The notes under the pieces were generated by a model. It was given only the letters and a program-made list of their open reading frames with translations. It was not told where the DNA came from and did not search any database. From the human T2T-CHM13v2.0 reference genome, Homo sapiens: 64,000 nt of DNA. Location: NCBI RefSeq assembly GCF_009914755.1, contig NC_060931.1. One strand, 5' to 3'. Made by a program: the position numbers and the translations under genes. Position 1 is the stretch's first letter. The number at the start of each line of letters is the position of its first letter. Shown here one piece after another: positions 16,273 through 28,079 of the stretch.

Positions 16273-19200
16273 TCGGGGGGACAGCAGGAGGTTTCGAGAA
16301 CCTGGGAGGGAGGGGCGAGGGCTTGGGAGAGGGGCTCAGTGGGGTGCCACGTGGGAAGCCCTCCCTCAGGGGCGACTCCACGGATGGATCCCTGAACCCC
16401 GGCTCAGGCTTCTGCTCACTGGTCGGGTGGGTTGTCGAGGTGGGCTCACAGCAAAGGCCTCCCAGACCCCCATTCCCCAAGGGACCAGGTCTGGCTGGGA
16501 ACTCCTGCAGCCCAGCCACGGGATGCCTCCCAGCCCCCACAATCCCATGCACTGGGCAGGGATGCCAGGGGGCCTTTTTCTTTCCCCTCGAATTCTATCT
16601 CTGTAAGGAAGGACATCCCCTCACCCTCTGCACTGCCCAGCCCTGGCCCCCACCCCCCTCAGACCTGGGAGCCCCCCGAGTTCTCTCTGAAGCTTGGCCC
16701 ATGCACACGAGCACAGCCCTGGCTTCTGGGAGGTGCTGCTCAGATGCTCCCTGAGCGAGGGAGCCAGCAGCTCAGCCGGCCCCGGGGCCTTTGCACCTGC
16801 CGTTTCCTGCCCCAGGATGGTGTCCCCAGGTACCCTCCATGTCTCGGCCCCTGCACCTGCTTGTCTGTCCCTCCTTGGCTACCCAGGCTTGCCCGGCGTT
16901 CTCCACCCACTTCTCGCATGTTATCGCGGGACCCCCTCGCGGAGTTGTTTGCTGGCCCTCTCTCTCCCTGCCGGCCGCTGGGATGCTGTGAGTTCCGGAG
17001 GGCAAAGCTGGGTCTGTGTGGCTCCTGTCCCATCTCCAGTGTCCGACATCACAATGATATTTCCAGCTACAGGAAAGGGAGAGTTCGGTGGCTGCGCGGG
17101 GCTGGCCAGGGTGACCCTGAAGATTCTCCTGCCTGAATGGCCCATCCGTTTGCCCGATGCCGGCCTCCCTCTACCAAAGGCCTCAGCAGCAGCTGCCTCT
17201 CAGCCCCCAGCCTCTGCCCCATGCCTAGAGGAGTCACCAGGCCTGGCTCTTGGAGGACACACCCAGCCCAAATGCCCTCTGCTCCTAAAGCAAAGCTCAG
17301 TGGGGCCCAGAGTGGCCCCCCGGCAAGAAGCCCCAAGAGGATTTCAGGGCAGCCATAGTCACAAGTGCCCTGACCTGGGAGGGGCCCTCCTTGGGGTCTA
17401 GCCCCATCCTGCCAGAGCTGGCTGTGTGCCCCTAAGCAGACCCTACCTGTCTCTGGGAATATGTCCGCTGGGTCCAGGGAGCAAGTAGACAGCCTCCTTG
17501 CTCCACCTGCTCTGGAGACAGAGGCCACTGGGATGACAGCAGAAGTCACGGAAGGCTGCCTGGAGGAAGAGGCAGTCACATGTTAGGATGAATGCAAACA
17601 CTGGGGAAGCTGACCCCACTTCTTGAAGCAAAACCTTCCTGATGGGGCCCAACCTCCTGTCCAAGGTTGCCGCCACTACGCTGGGCAGAAAACATGTGTT
17701 AGGGCCATGCCCCAGCCCGAGCGAGGCCTGGCCCTGGCCTCCCACCTTGGCCTGTTCGTCTTACCCCCATCAAGCAGGAGGCCAGCCCGACCCGCCTCCT
17801 CCTTCCGGAGTCTCCAGCTGTACAAGGGGAGGGAGCCATCTCGGGGCAGCCGGGTCGGGCTCTGGGTGTGTGCACACAGGGACACACGTGTCCCTGCACA
17901 TGGCCAGCCCACATGTGCAGAGTGGCAGCGCGCCATGCTCCCCACGGGCTCACCCGTGCTTCCGCACACACGCGTGAAGCACGTAAGCACCGCACGATCA
18001 CAGGCCCCTCTCGCGCTCCGAGGCATGTGCCGGCCGGCATGCATCCTGCCAGGGAATCTGCGTCTCTGTCGGTGACATACTCCGTTTCCTGCCACAGCCC
18101 TGGTATGCCCCAGGAGTAATTACTAACAGAGTTCCCTCCCAGCCTTGAAAGACGATATACTATGTGGTCACCTCTGTCTGGGCCACCAAGAGGATCCCAG
18201 CTGGGCTTTTGCTGAGCGGGGCACAAAAGCCATCAGGAGCCAGTCTTGGGGACTACAGCTGGGGGTCGGTGACCTTGATCAGGCCCAGGGAGGCTGAGAG
18301 GAGTCTCGCCCACGCTGCACCCACAGCCCCGCTCATTCCACACCTGAGTCTTCAGAGAAGGAAATGCAAGACCGTGCAGTTAGGACCTGGAATTGTCAGC
18401 CTGTCCCCATCCTGCCAGCGGGGATTGGCCTGTGGTTTTGTCAGCTGCCAGCCAGCGGCTGAGGACCAGCCCTGCAATCTGAGTGGGGGCCTGTGGGAGG
18501 ATGCAGCTGAGGGGAGTGGCGAAGCTGAAGAAACTCTCGAGAAAGGTGGGAGGGGCCGGGGCAGTGTCAGGGCCGCTGTGCACATCCGTGCAGGTCGTGC
18601 ACTGACTGGCAGCACACATCTGAGATCCAGCCCGTGCTCCGCTCATCGGGTTGTGAAGAAGCAGTACCTCTTTCCAAGCAGTGGCCCAGGCAGTAAGCGG
18701 AGCATCTGGCAGGCGGGGTCCACACTTCCCCAAGACCCTGTGCTGGCTGTGGCTGTATGTGCACACTTCTACATGACTTGCAGGGTGCCCAAACGGCCCG
18801 GAGGAGGCCGGGACCCCAGCCCCCAGGCCAGGGCTCCCGTGAGTAGGGAGACGCATCACTCTCTGGCCCCGGAGGCTGTGCTTCCCAGGCCATCACAATG
18901 GCCACACAACAGGGGCCCCCAGGGACGGAACCTAATCTTGAGCTATTGAAGACCTGAAAGCCGTGGCCCCTGGCCCGAGCCAGCAGACGCGCCTGCCGGC
19001 CCCACCAGAGACACCTGATCCACCGGTCGCCCCGCCACAAAGGGGGACACTGTCCCCCCAGGGCCGCCCGCCCCACCAACAGAGACAAGGAGGAAAACTG
19101 GGTCGCTGAGATAGAGTGACAGCCATGGCAGGTGGGGATGAGACAGGAGGGAGGGGCGGCCACCACTGGGCACAGCCCAGCCTCTGGGGATGCCCCAGGC

Positions 19201-21529
19201 CTGAAGATCTGCCCGAGGGGGGCTCAGAGCCCCGAGGAGGGCTCAAGTGACTGCCGGTTTGCAGGGAGTGGGGTGGAGGCTGGAGTGGGGGGCGCAGCTG
19301 AGACCAGAAAGAAACAGCTAGGACCCCACCTGAGGCTGGAGACACAGCCAGGACAGGGGACTCTCCACCCACAGAGACGCCATAGGCCAGGTTGTTGGGG
19401 ACAGGCCTGGACTGGTCCCCAGGCCCCACCCTGCTGAGGCAGGCCAGCCAGCTGCCCACCCCTTGGCCTGGGCATGTCCAGCTTTTGCTCAGTTTCCCAG
19501 CCTGGCAGGGCTTTCCGAGGGGTTGCAGGGAGAAGCAGGCCTGGCCAAAAGACCGCCATGCCTGAAGGTTCACCTTCACCCCCTGGCACCACCAAAGACC
19601 CCGCCCAGGGGAAGTCTTGGAGCCTCAGCGCCTCAGAACTTTGGGACTTCCTGGCATATGGGAGGCACCCGGAGGTGTGAGCCTGAGGGGTTCACTTTCA
19701 AGGGTGGCTGGAGACACCTGCTGCTGGCCATGTGGGCCTGGGAGGCCTTCTGGGGCCTCCATCTTCCCATCTGTGAAATGGGACTTGGACCTAGATGCTC
19801 TTCAAGGTCCCTTCTTCCAAGTCTTCTGGCAAGAGCCAAGTCCAGGAAGCTCAGCTCCATTGCGTCGGCATCTGGACTGAGTACTCTGTGGGTGCCGGGC
19901 TGTGCTGAGGGCTGGACGGGACCCAGGAACAGACAACAGGTAGAGTGGAGGAGGGAGCAGCGAGGAGACTTCCCACAGGGATGGAGACGCTGAGCACTCC
20001 AGGCAGACACAGAGGGGCGGCTGGAGTGTGGGGATCCTGGGCCTGGCAGGGCCTGGGGGGTTCGGCAGGCAGAGTGGGCCAGGGGGTGGCCTGAGGACGC
20101 CAGGGGCAGAGCCAGCCCTCCCAACTGGGCAGTGGGGAGCCAAGGGAGGGTGGCAGAGCCGAGCCCCATCTCTAAGATATGGGGACAGCCCTCAGAGCCA
20201 GCTCCCACCCAGCTCCAGCTCAGGACAAGCAGTGGGCATGGAACTGAGATGCAGGAAGGCCGAGGTCTGGAGACGCACGTGGGCTCCCCGAGGTGACCTA
20301 GGGGTGGGCGGCCCTCAGCCCTGCCCGGAGATCCCTGGTCCTACTGAGTCAGCCACCGGGGAGAAGATAAGGGACCGCCAGGCTCTTAAGGGGCCTGACG
20401 TTGCTGTTGGGTGAAGTGCCCGCCCAGAATGACCTCAGAGGCTGCCGGGGCCACCTGGCATATCACCCTGCCCGTCTCCGCAGCTTCCTCTGGCAGTGGG
20501 TGGATGTATAATGTCCGCCCGCTGCCAGAGGGTTCACGGCACCACAGCCCTGCTGAGCCCTGCTGAGCCCCAGCTGGGTCCGACCTCCTGGGTACCCCAG
20601 GGACGGGGAGGCCAGGCACGGGGGTTGCTGTGCGGGTTGGACAGTGGTGATGGTGGACAGAGCCACTCCCAAGAGTGTTAGAGACCTGGGGTGGGCGCAT
20701 CCAGGCAGACCACCCTCACCCCACCCTGTGGGACCCAGACCAGCTCACTTCCCTCTCTGGGCTCAGCTTCCTCATTTGCAAAATGAGGCCAAGAGTCACA
20801 CCCGGCCCGGCCTGTGACCCCGGAGCCCCCTCCAGCCTCCTGCCTCACTCTGGCACCAGGCCTCCCTGCAGCTTGCAGAGCAAGCGGGGTACCGTCTCCC
20901 CGAGGTGCAGCCTGGGGGGCTGTGGCAGGTGATGGGAGCAGCTGTATTTGAGGGCAGGGTCTGTCGGGGAGCCCCCCAGCGTGGGGAGAGGAGGAGGGAC
21001 CAGGGAGTGTAACCTGGCAGCCCGCAGCAGTTCCGGCTGCTGCTTCTGTCAATACGGCCTTCCTGTTTTGGAGATTAAACCCCGGCTGAGCAAACAGCTT
21101 TCCAGGCGGCCCCTCCCTCCACCCCAGCCCCAGCCTTGTCTTCAGGTCCTAAGGCTGGGACCACCTGGAGGCTGTGGGGGTGGTGGGGGATGGAGGGGAC
21201 CAAGCTTTGCCATCCCTGCCCTCACCAAGGCCTGGACCACAGCCTGAGCAGCCCAGCCCCTGCCCCTGCCGCAGCCTCCTCCCAGCCCCCCGCCGTGGGC
21301 TCCCCCGGAACCCCCCCGTGCGATCCTTCCAACCCAGGGCAGCCTCACTGTCCTGGACGCCCGGCCACTGCATCCTCTGCCCTTGTGTGACCTCCTGCAA
21401 GAAGGCGGGAGCACGCCGTTCCCGGGCCTCATGGCCAGACACAAGCCCACCTTGTGAGGACCCCAGGCGAGGCAGGAGAGCCACCGCAAGAGCCCCACCA
21501 AGGCACGGCCAGGGGAGGGCCCGCCATCT

Positions 21530-21740
21530 CTTGGATGGTTTCTGCGCCGTGGCCACTGACATTGAGGGTGGATCATTCTTGGTTGTGGGGCTGTTCTGTG
21601 CATGGGGGGCTGTGGGGCAGCCTCTCTGGGCCCTATAGGCCAGACCCTACTGTCTGTTCAGCCCCAGCCCGGTGGCGACAAATGAAAGTGTCTCCAAACA
21701 TTCACTGTCAGGTGTCCCCAGAAACCAAGACGAGCACTGG
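21530..21740. mobile_element. MER20-like (hAT-Charlie) DNA transposon relic
   Basis: CACTGACATT...GGATCATTCTTGGTTGTGGGGCTGTTCTGTGCAT...GACAAATGAAAGTGTCTCCAAACATT resembles MER20 consensus as recalled. Confidence 0.65.
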
Positions 21741-22096
21741 ATAACCCCGTCTGGGCAAGTCCCTAGCAGATGGCGTGCACAGAAACGGGCTGCAGAGAGA
21801 GGACGGTGCCTCCAATGCTTGGACTTTCCTCTGATGCCAGCCTCAGCCCAGCCTCTGCCGCCCTGAGAGAGACTCTGCCCCACCTCCCCACACCCGCCTC
21901 CACCATCCCCTCCTGCCAGGGTCCCACCCCTGAGCAACACGGCCCTGCCTTCTCTCTGCAAATCCTTCCCAGACTAAGCTGCAACACTGGCAGAGCCTCC
22001 CAAGGAAGGGAGGAGGGAGGACAGAGGCCAAGGCGGCTCCTGGCCACCCTCGCAGCTTCCTCCCTCCCTGGCCACAAGGACCCAAAGCTCAGAGGG

Positions 22097-22143
22097 ATGG
22101 ATGAACAGACAGGAAGGCTCAGGCTGGACACGTATTGTATGAG
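22097..22143 (+). CDS. LFNG: LFNG distal alternative isoform, first coding exon (MDEQTGRLRLDTYCM)
   Basis: ATG at 22097, donor AG|GTGGG after 22143; matches the recalled alternative LFNG N-terminus. Confidence 0.7.
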
Positions 22144-22598
22144 GTGGGCCTCAGGGTTGCTTTTCCTCCTAGAATGCCACTCAGAGCCGTCCCTCTTGCT
22201 CGTGAACCTGGAGCCCCCTATGTCTCCCCCAGTACCCCTGCATTCTACACCTAGATCCTCAGGCTTCTCTTTATCTCCAGCCTCACCTCCATGAATGCCC
22301 CACACACCTGTGCCTGACCACACAACCTCCACCTCCACCTGCTCCCACACCCCTGCCCAACTTCCACCTCCACCTGCTTCACACACCCCTGCCTGACTGC
22401 ACAACCTCCACCTCCACCTGCCCAAGCCTTCAAGCCCCAGGGCAAATGTCACCATCTTTTCCTGGAAGACTTTCCAGAAGTCCCCTGCCTCCCAGCCCCA
22501 GCCCACAGTGGGTTCTCCCTCGTCTGGGCCCTGGGCACCTTTGGGCTGGACCCATTTTTCTAACCCCTGTTGAATCCTCACCTACTACCTTCCCCCAG

Positions 22599-22774
22599 TG
22601 CCAAGCAGATCTGGGCATGGAGCAAATGCTCAGGAAGGCTGTGGGATGAGCACATGAAATGGATGGAAGGATGGACGGACAGATGGACAGATGGATGGAT
22701 GGATGGATGGATGGATGGATGAGTGGAGCCCAACACCAGCTCTCAGGTCCTACGGAGGTGGCCTCTCTCAGCAG
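22599..22774 (+). CDS. LFNG: LFNG distal alternative isoform, second exon containing (GATG)n; frameshifted in this allele
   Basis: Acceptor TTCCCCCAG| and donor CAG|GTGTGA. With 7 GATG units it joins exon 2 in frame; the 8 units here give TGA at 22720-22722. Confidence 0.7.
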
Positions 22775-23904
22775 GTGTGATCGCCATTCCTGGGGACATA
22801 ACCTCCCCTTCTTCTGCTTCCAGAGCAGCCTGGAATATCCTTTGATGCTGTATCGTCTTCCCTGATCCTTTCAAGGGGGAAAGATGGCCCATGGTAGCGA
22901 TGGGGAGCCTGGGATCAGGGAGGTACACAAGCCCAGGATCACATAGCAAGCAGGGCTCCCCTGGGGCCAAGACTGACCCCTGCTCCCTCCACCCGGCCTG
23001 GAGCCCCTCCTCCCACTGCTCTGTATCCCATCCCACTGACATGGGCACGGGGTCATGACTAGGGTGGGGGGTCATGCCTGGGGCCTGACAGGCAACACCG
23101 TGGCCACAGCCCACCCCCTGCCTGCTGTGGCTGCCACACAAGCCAGCCATTCTTGGCAAGACAAAGGCCGGCTGGGGCAGGGTGGCTCTGGTGCCTCCCT
23201 GGTGGGTGTCTGGACTCTGCAGGACGTCAGTAAGTGGATCCTGGTGGCTGCGCTCTGATGCTGGGGGCTGCAAATCAGATTAGCCCCATCCAGCCCCATG
23301 GCCCAGCTGGCCTCAGACAGAAGCGCCAGAAAGAGGCGCAGCTGCCAGCCCAGGCCTGCCGTCCTCCTGGTGTGGACAAGCCCTGGCCTCCAGGCTGAGG
23401 CCCCTTGCTGTTCCTGCTGTGGGCTTAAGGGTGTGCCACCTCTTCTTTCTGGCCCCCTGGACCCGTCTGTAAGACCAACAGTTAGAGTGAGACCCCCTGA
23501 GGCCTTCTGGAGGTGGTGTTTGGAAATGCCCCCAGGGCAGGGCAGGCACATAGTGCCTAGGCACTGGGAATTCACCTTCAGCACAGCCCTCCCCCAGGCC
23601 CCAGGCCCTGTGCGGGCTCAGAGGCCAGCGGCAGCCCTGCCAGGTCTTCTCACCCTGAGACCTATGCTCCCCAGGGCTGGGCATTTGGGAGACAGAGTCA
23701 GAGAGGCGCCTTTGAGCCCTCTGTGTATCTGCACATCCACCCATCCATCCTTCCATCCAACCTCTACCAACCAATGTTCATCAAGCACCTGATACACACA
23801 GGCACTGCTCTAGGCCCTGGGGCACAGCCAAGAATCACATCACGGTCCCGCTGTCAAGCAGCTGACATCCAGCACCCTCCCAGCCACCCGCATGCCTCTG
23901 TGTC

Positions 23905-24705
23905 TATGTGTCTGTCCATCTATCCATTAGACCATCTGTTGGTCCATCTGTCCATTCACCTGTCCATCCATCCATCCATCCATCCACCCATCCATCTGTC
24001 CATCCATCCATCCATCTATCCATCCATCCATTCATCCATCCATCTGTCCATCCATTCATCTGTCTATCCATCCATCCATTCATCCATGCATCCATCCATC
24101 CGTTAGTCTGTCTGTCCTTTCACCTATCCTTCCAGCCATCCATACATCCATCTATCCATCTGTCCATTCACCTGTCCATCCATCCATCCATTCATCCATC
24201 CATGCATCCATCTGTCCATTCATCCATGCATCCATCCATCCATTCATCTGTCGGTCTGTCTGTCCATCCATCCATCCATCCATCCATCCATCCATTCATC
24301 TGTCTATCCATCCATCCATTCATCCATGCATCCATCCATCCATTCGTCTGTCTGTCCATTCACCTATCCTTCCATCCATCCATGTATCTATCCATTCATC
24401 CATCTATCCATCTGTCCATCCATCCATCCGTCCGTCCATCCATCTGTCCATTCATCTGTCTATCCATCCATCCATCCATCTGTCCATCCGTCCATCCATC
24501 CATCCATCTGTCTGTCTGTCTGCCCATCCATCTGCCCCTCCATCTAACTGTTCATCCATCCACCTTTCCATCCATCCATCTATTCATCCATCCATCCATC
24601 CGTCCCTCCATCTGTCCATCTGTCTATCCATTCATTCATCCATCCAACCATCCATCCATCTGCCAATCTATCTGTCCATCTGTCCATCCATCTGTATGTC
24701 CATTC
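23905..24705. repeat. (CATC/CCAT/CTGT)n microsatellite tract flanked by L2-like ends
   Basis: Tetramer repeat; the following TTTACTGAGCACCTACTTTGTGCCAGGC is L2-like. Confidence 0.93.
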
Positions 24706-27700
24706 CCCCCACCATCAGTTCAACCAGTGTTTACTGAGCACCTACTTTGTGCCAGGCCCTGACAAGCAGCAAGAGGCAGCCTCTTCCCCCAGGGACACAG
24801 ACGTAAAGGAGCAGCTACAACCTCATGTGATCAGCACCAGGATGGGGGTAGCAGAGGGGGATGGGGAGGACGTTCTAGGAGGGGTAGCCCTTGGTGGGCC
24901 CTGCAGGGTGCCTCAGGCCAGGATGCCCCCCGAAGCCTTGCTCAGCCACTGAGGCCAAGTCGGCTGAACTCTAATGGGCCTGGCCTCTCTGTCCATGCCT
25001 GACCCCAGAGTGCAGGCAAAAGGGCCAGGCCACTGTTGGAAAGGCCGTGGCTTCACGGCTGCAGAGCACCAACCCCAAGGCAGCCTGGTGGGCAGGGCGG
25101 GTGAGGCACCAGCCATATCCCTATTACAGAGTCAAGTAACGTCCCAAGACCCACAGAAGGGCACTGGCCCAAGACCACACAGTGGGCGAGGGGTCTGGGC
25201 ATAGCAGGCAGGCAGGGTTGGGAATGGTGGGGGTGCTACTCACAGCTGGAGTCTGCTAGTCTCAGGGCAGTGCCCACTCCAGCTGCAGTAATGGGAATCA
25301 GCTGTGCCACCCTGCGGTATCCCTCCCCCGGCCTTGGGAGCCGGCTGTGCTGAGCCCAGCCAACCTTCCCATCACCCTCCTTCCTGCCACCAAGGGCTGC
25401 TCACAGAAGCTCCTGGGTCGGGACACTCACTAGGCCACGCCTGCCTTTTGGAAATCCATGGGCCCCCTGGCATCTGGGGGCTTCAAACACTGCCAGTTCT
25501 GATGCCTGGCCCCAGCCTGGGGGTTGGCATTCCTGCGTCTGTGTCAGGAGAGGACAGGGAGGTGCAGGCTTGCCCGAGCCACAGCCACCACCATGCTGAG
25601 TCCTGTCCAGGAGTTTCCATCTCTGGGCACTGCTACTGGCCCAGAGGAAGCTGGTTCCCAAGACACTGAGTGGGGCCGCTCTCCATCAGCCGATGAGTGG
25701 ACAGGCGCCTCGGATGGCTTCCTGCCGAGTTAATGGGTCACCCATTATGTCTCCACAGATCTTCCCAGGACCCTGCAGGAAGGCAGGCCAGAGCAGCCCC
25801 AAGGAACAGCCCGGGGGAGGGAAGGCAGATGGCCACCTCAAAGCCAGCCCCGAGCCCTTCCCCTCTAGGCCTGAGTGTCAAGGGCAGACCCAGCCCATGG
25901 CTTTGGGGACCTGGTGGCACTGACTCCAGCAGGAGACCCCCCGGGCTGAGCCCTGGCAGTTAGAGGAGGCCTGGACTCAGATGGGGACAGAACACTGTCT
26001 CAGCCTGATGGCGGCTAGAGGAGGAGGGTAGGGCCCCTGGTCATGTGGGTCCTGGCTCCGTGGGCCTGCTTTCCACCTGACCTCAGCAGGCAGGTCTCTC
26101 GGGCCATTCGCACACCCAGCTGCCTGGGAGCCCCAAACTGGGACTGGTGGAGGGGCCCTGCAGAGGGGAAGACTAGGGTCCAAGAAGCCCATGAAGCCAT
26201 GCGCCAGGGCCAGAGCTGGCCTGCCTGGTCTGGATGGTATGTCATCCTTGTGTTACAAGTGAGGAAACTGAGGCTCAGGGAGTAACACCACAGGTTCAAG
26301 GTCTTAAAGCCGAGAAGTGGCCCCTCTGGGTTCGGAAGGCAGGCTGGGCCCTGGGGCAGCCTCTATCCCCAGCCCCTCTTCCCCAGGACCCTACGGCCCC
26401 AAGAGGCTTCACTGGCAACTCGGTCAGCCCTCTCTAGCCCCCTCCCCAGCTCCCCTTGTCCTGTCCAGGGCTGAGCACCATCCCACAGCCCACTTCCCTA
26501 CCAGGGCTGTGTGGCCCAGTGGGCCCCTAGAGGGAGACCTGGGGTCTGGATGGGGAGGGAAGTGTTTCAGGCTGAAGCTGAGCCTGGGGAAGCGGGCGGG
26601 GGTGGCTAGGCGGGCCACCCCCTCAACAGTTTTCAGACCTCAAGAAGTCACCACGAAATTCCATTCTCCTGACAGCAAAGAAATTGATTCACTCTTGCCA
26701 AAGCCTGCGGCCCCCACAAGAATGCTGTAAAGCTTCCTCCCGCTGCTTCCAGACAGGCAGCAGCATCAGGTCCCCCACTCCTCCCATTCCTGGCTACAGA
26801 GAGACGCGGGAACCCCCCCTACCCAGTTCTATGCATGTGCCCCTGCCAGGCTGGGCCATCCACCTCTGTATGGTCACTCCCTTGGTACAATATCCCCCTT
26901 GCTTTCTCTACAATGGGCACATTGCTCCCACGACCTGCTGGGTCAAAGGCACCGCAGTCAGGGGTAGCTGGGGAGCAGGAGTTGCGGGGGTGGGGCGGCT
27001 CAGGGCAGGAAGCCCCATCCCCTGGCCTGGGAACTGTGGGGAGACGGACTCACAGCATCTTGTCAGGTGGGGTGCAGGGTGGCATGGCACCCACCATCGG
27101 TGCCACTGATGTAAAGTCCAGGTACAGAGCACAACCCGTGCACATATTTGGGGGCCTGGCCATGCTTGGCTGCAGGGGATTGAGGAGGGATTGGGCCTCA
27201 AGAAACGGGGCTGGGACTAAGTCACGAGGTGCGTGAATATCAGGCGGGACTTTAACTCAGCCAGTGGAGAGCTATGGAGGGTTTTGCTCTTTGTGTGGGT
27301 GTGTGAGTGGCTATGATCCTAGTTGTCCAGCTGCTGCGTGGAGAATAAGTAAAGCAGGTAGGATAGGAGTGGGTGGGATGGGGGTGGAGGCTGCCCAAGT
27401 GATTCAGGGAAGAGATGATGGGGATGGATGAGGCTCCGTCTCTGAAACAATTCAGATATGGGAGAGCCTGAAGTCAGCGGTGTGACTGAAGCACGTGGGG
27501 TCATGGACACCCCTCAGTCCGGAGGCTGGGGCTGGGCTGGGACTCAGCTGACTTTGTGGGGGCAGCCAACCCAGTCACTGGGTCCTTTTCTCCCCGGCTC
27601 ACCCTCAAGCCTCTCCAGCTGCATGGAGGCTCCAGGGCTAGGCTCTGGCTGATCGGAAGGGGTTTATGGCAGGAGGTGACGCCATGGGAGACTTGTCACT

Positions 27701-27966
27701 TGGGCACAGCCAGCACCATCTGCTGGGGCATCTGCTTTCGGAGGTGGTGACTGCTAATTACCTGGGGCCAGGAAGAGGCCTGGGAACCCCCATCCCCCAC
27801 ACCACCCAGCGGGTACAGGGGCTAGGGGTGGGGCCCCTGGGGCCCTAAGAGCAAATGGGCTACAGCGTCCTTAGCGGGGGGAGAGGGTCTGACAGTGGGG
27901 CCAGACATTTATCCAGTGAATTTTTTCAGAGCACCTACTATGTCCCAAAACCTGTTCCAGGTCTGA

Positions 27967-28011
27967 ATGACACCAGGTCGCTGCTGTCTTGCGGCTGACA
28001 TTCAGGTAGAG
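27967..28011 (+). CDS. LFNG: LFNG alternative coding start (MTPGRCCLAADIQVE), splices in phase 0 to exon 2
   Basis: ATG at 27967, 15 codons, strong donor GAG|GTAAGG, upstream acceptor TTTTTTCAG ending at 27929; matches a recalled short LFNG isoform. Confidence 0.7.
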
Positions 28012-28079
28012 GTAAGGAGAGGGGCTCCAAGGGCACTTAAAGAATTTAAAATGCCATCTCAGGCGTGAACATAACTCCG

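Noticed and set aside
23908-24762. 284-aa ORF
   Set aside because: Microsatellite artefact.
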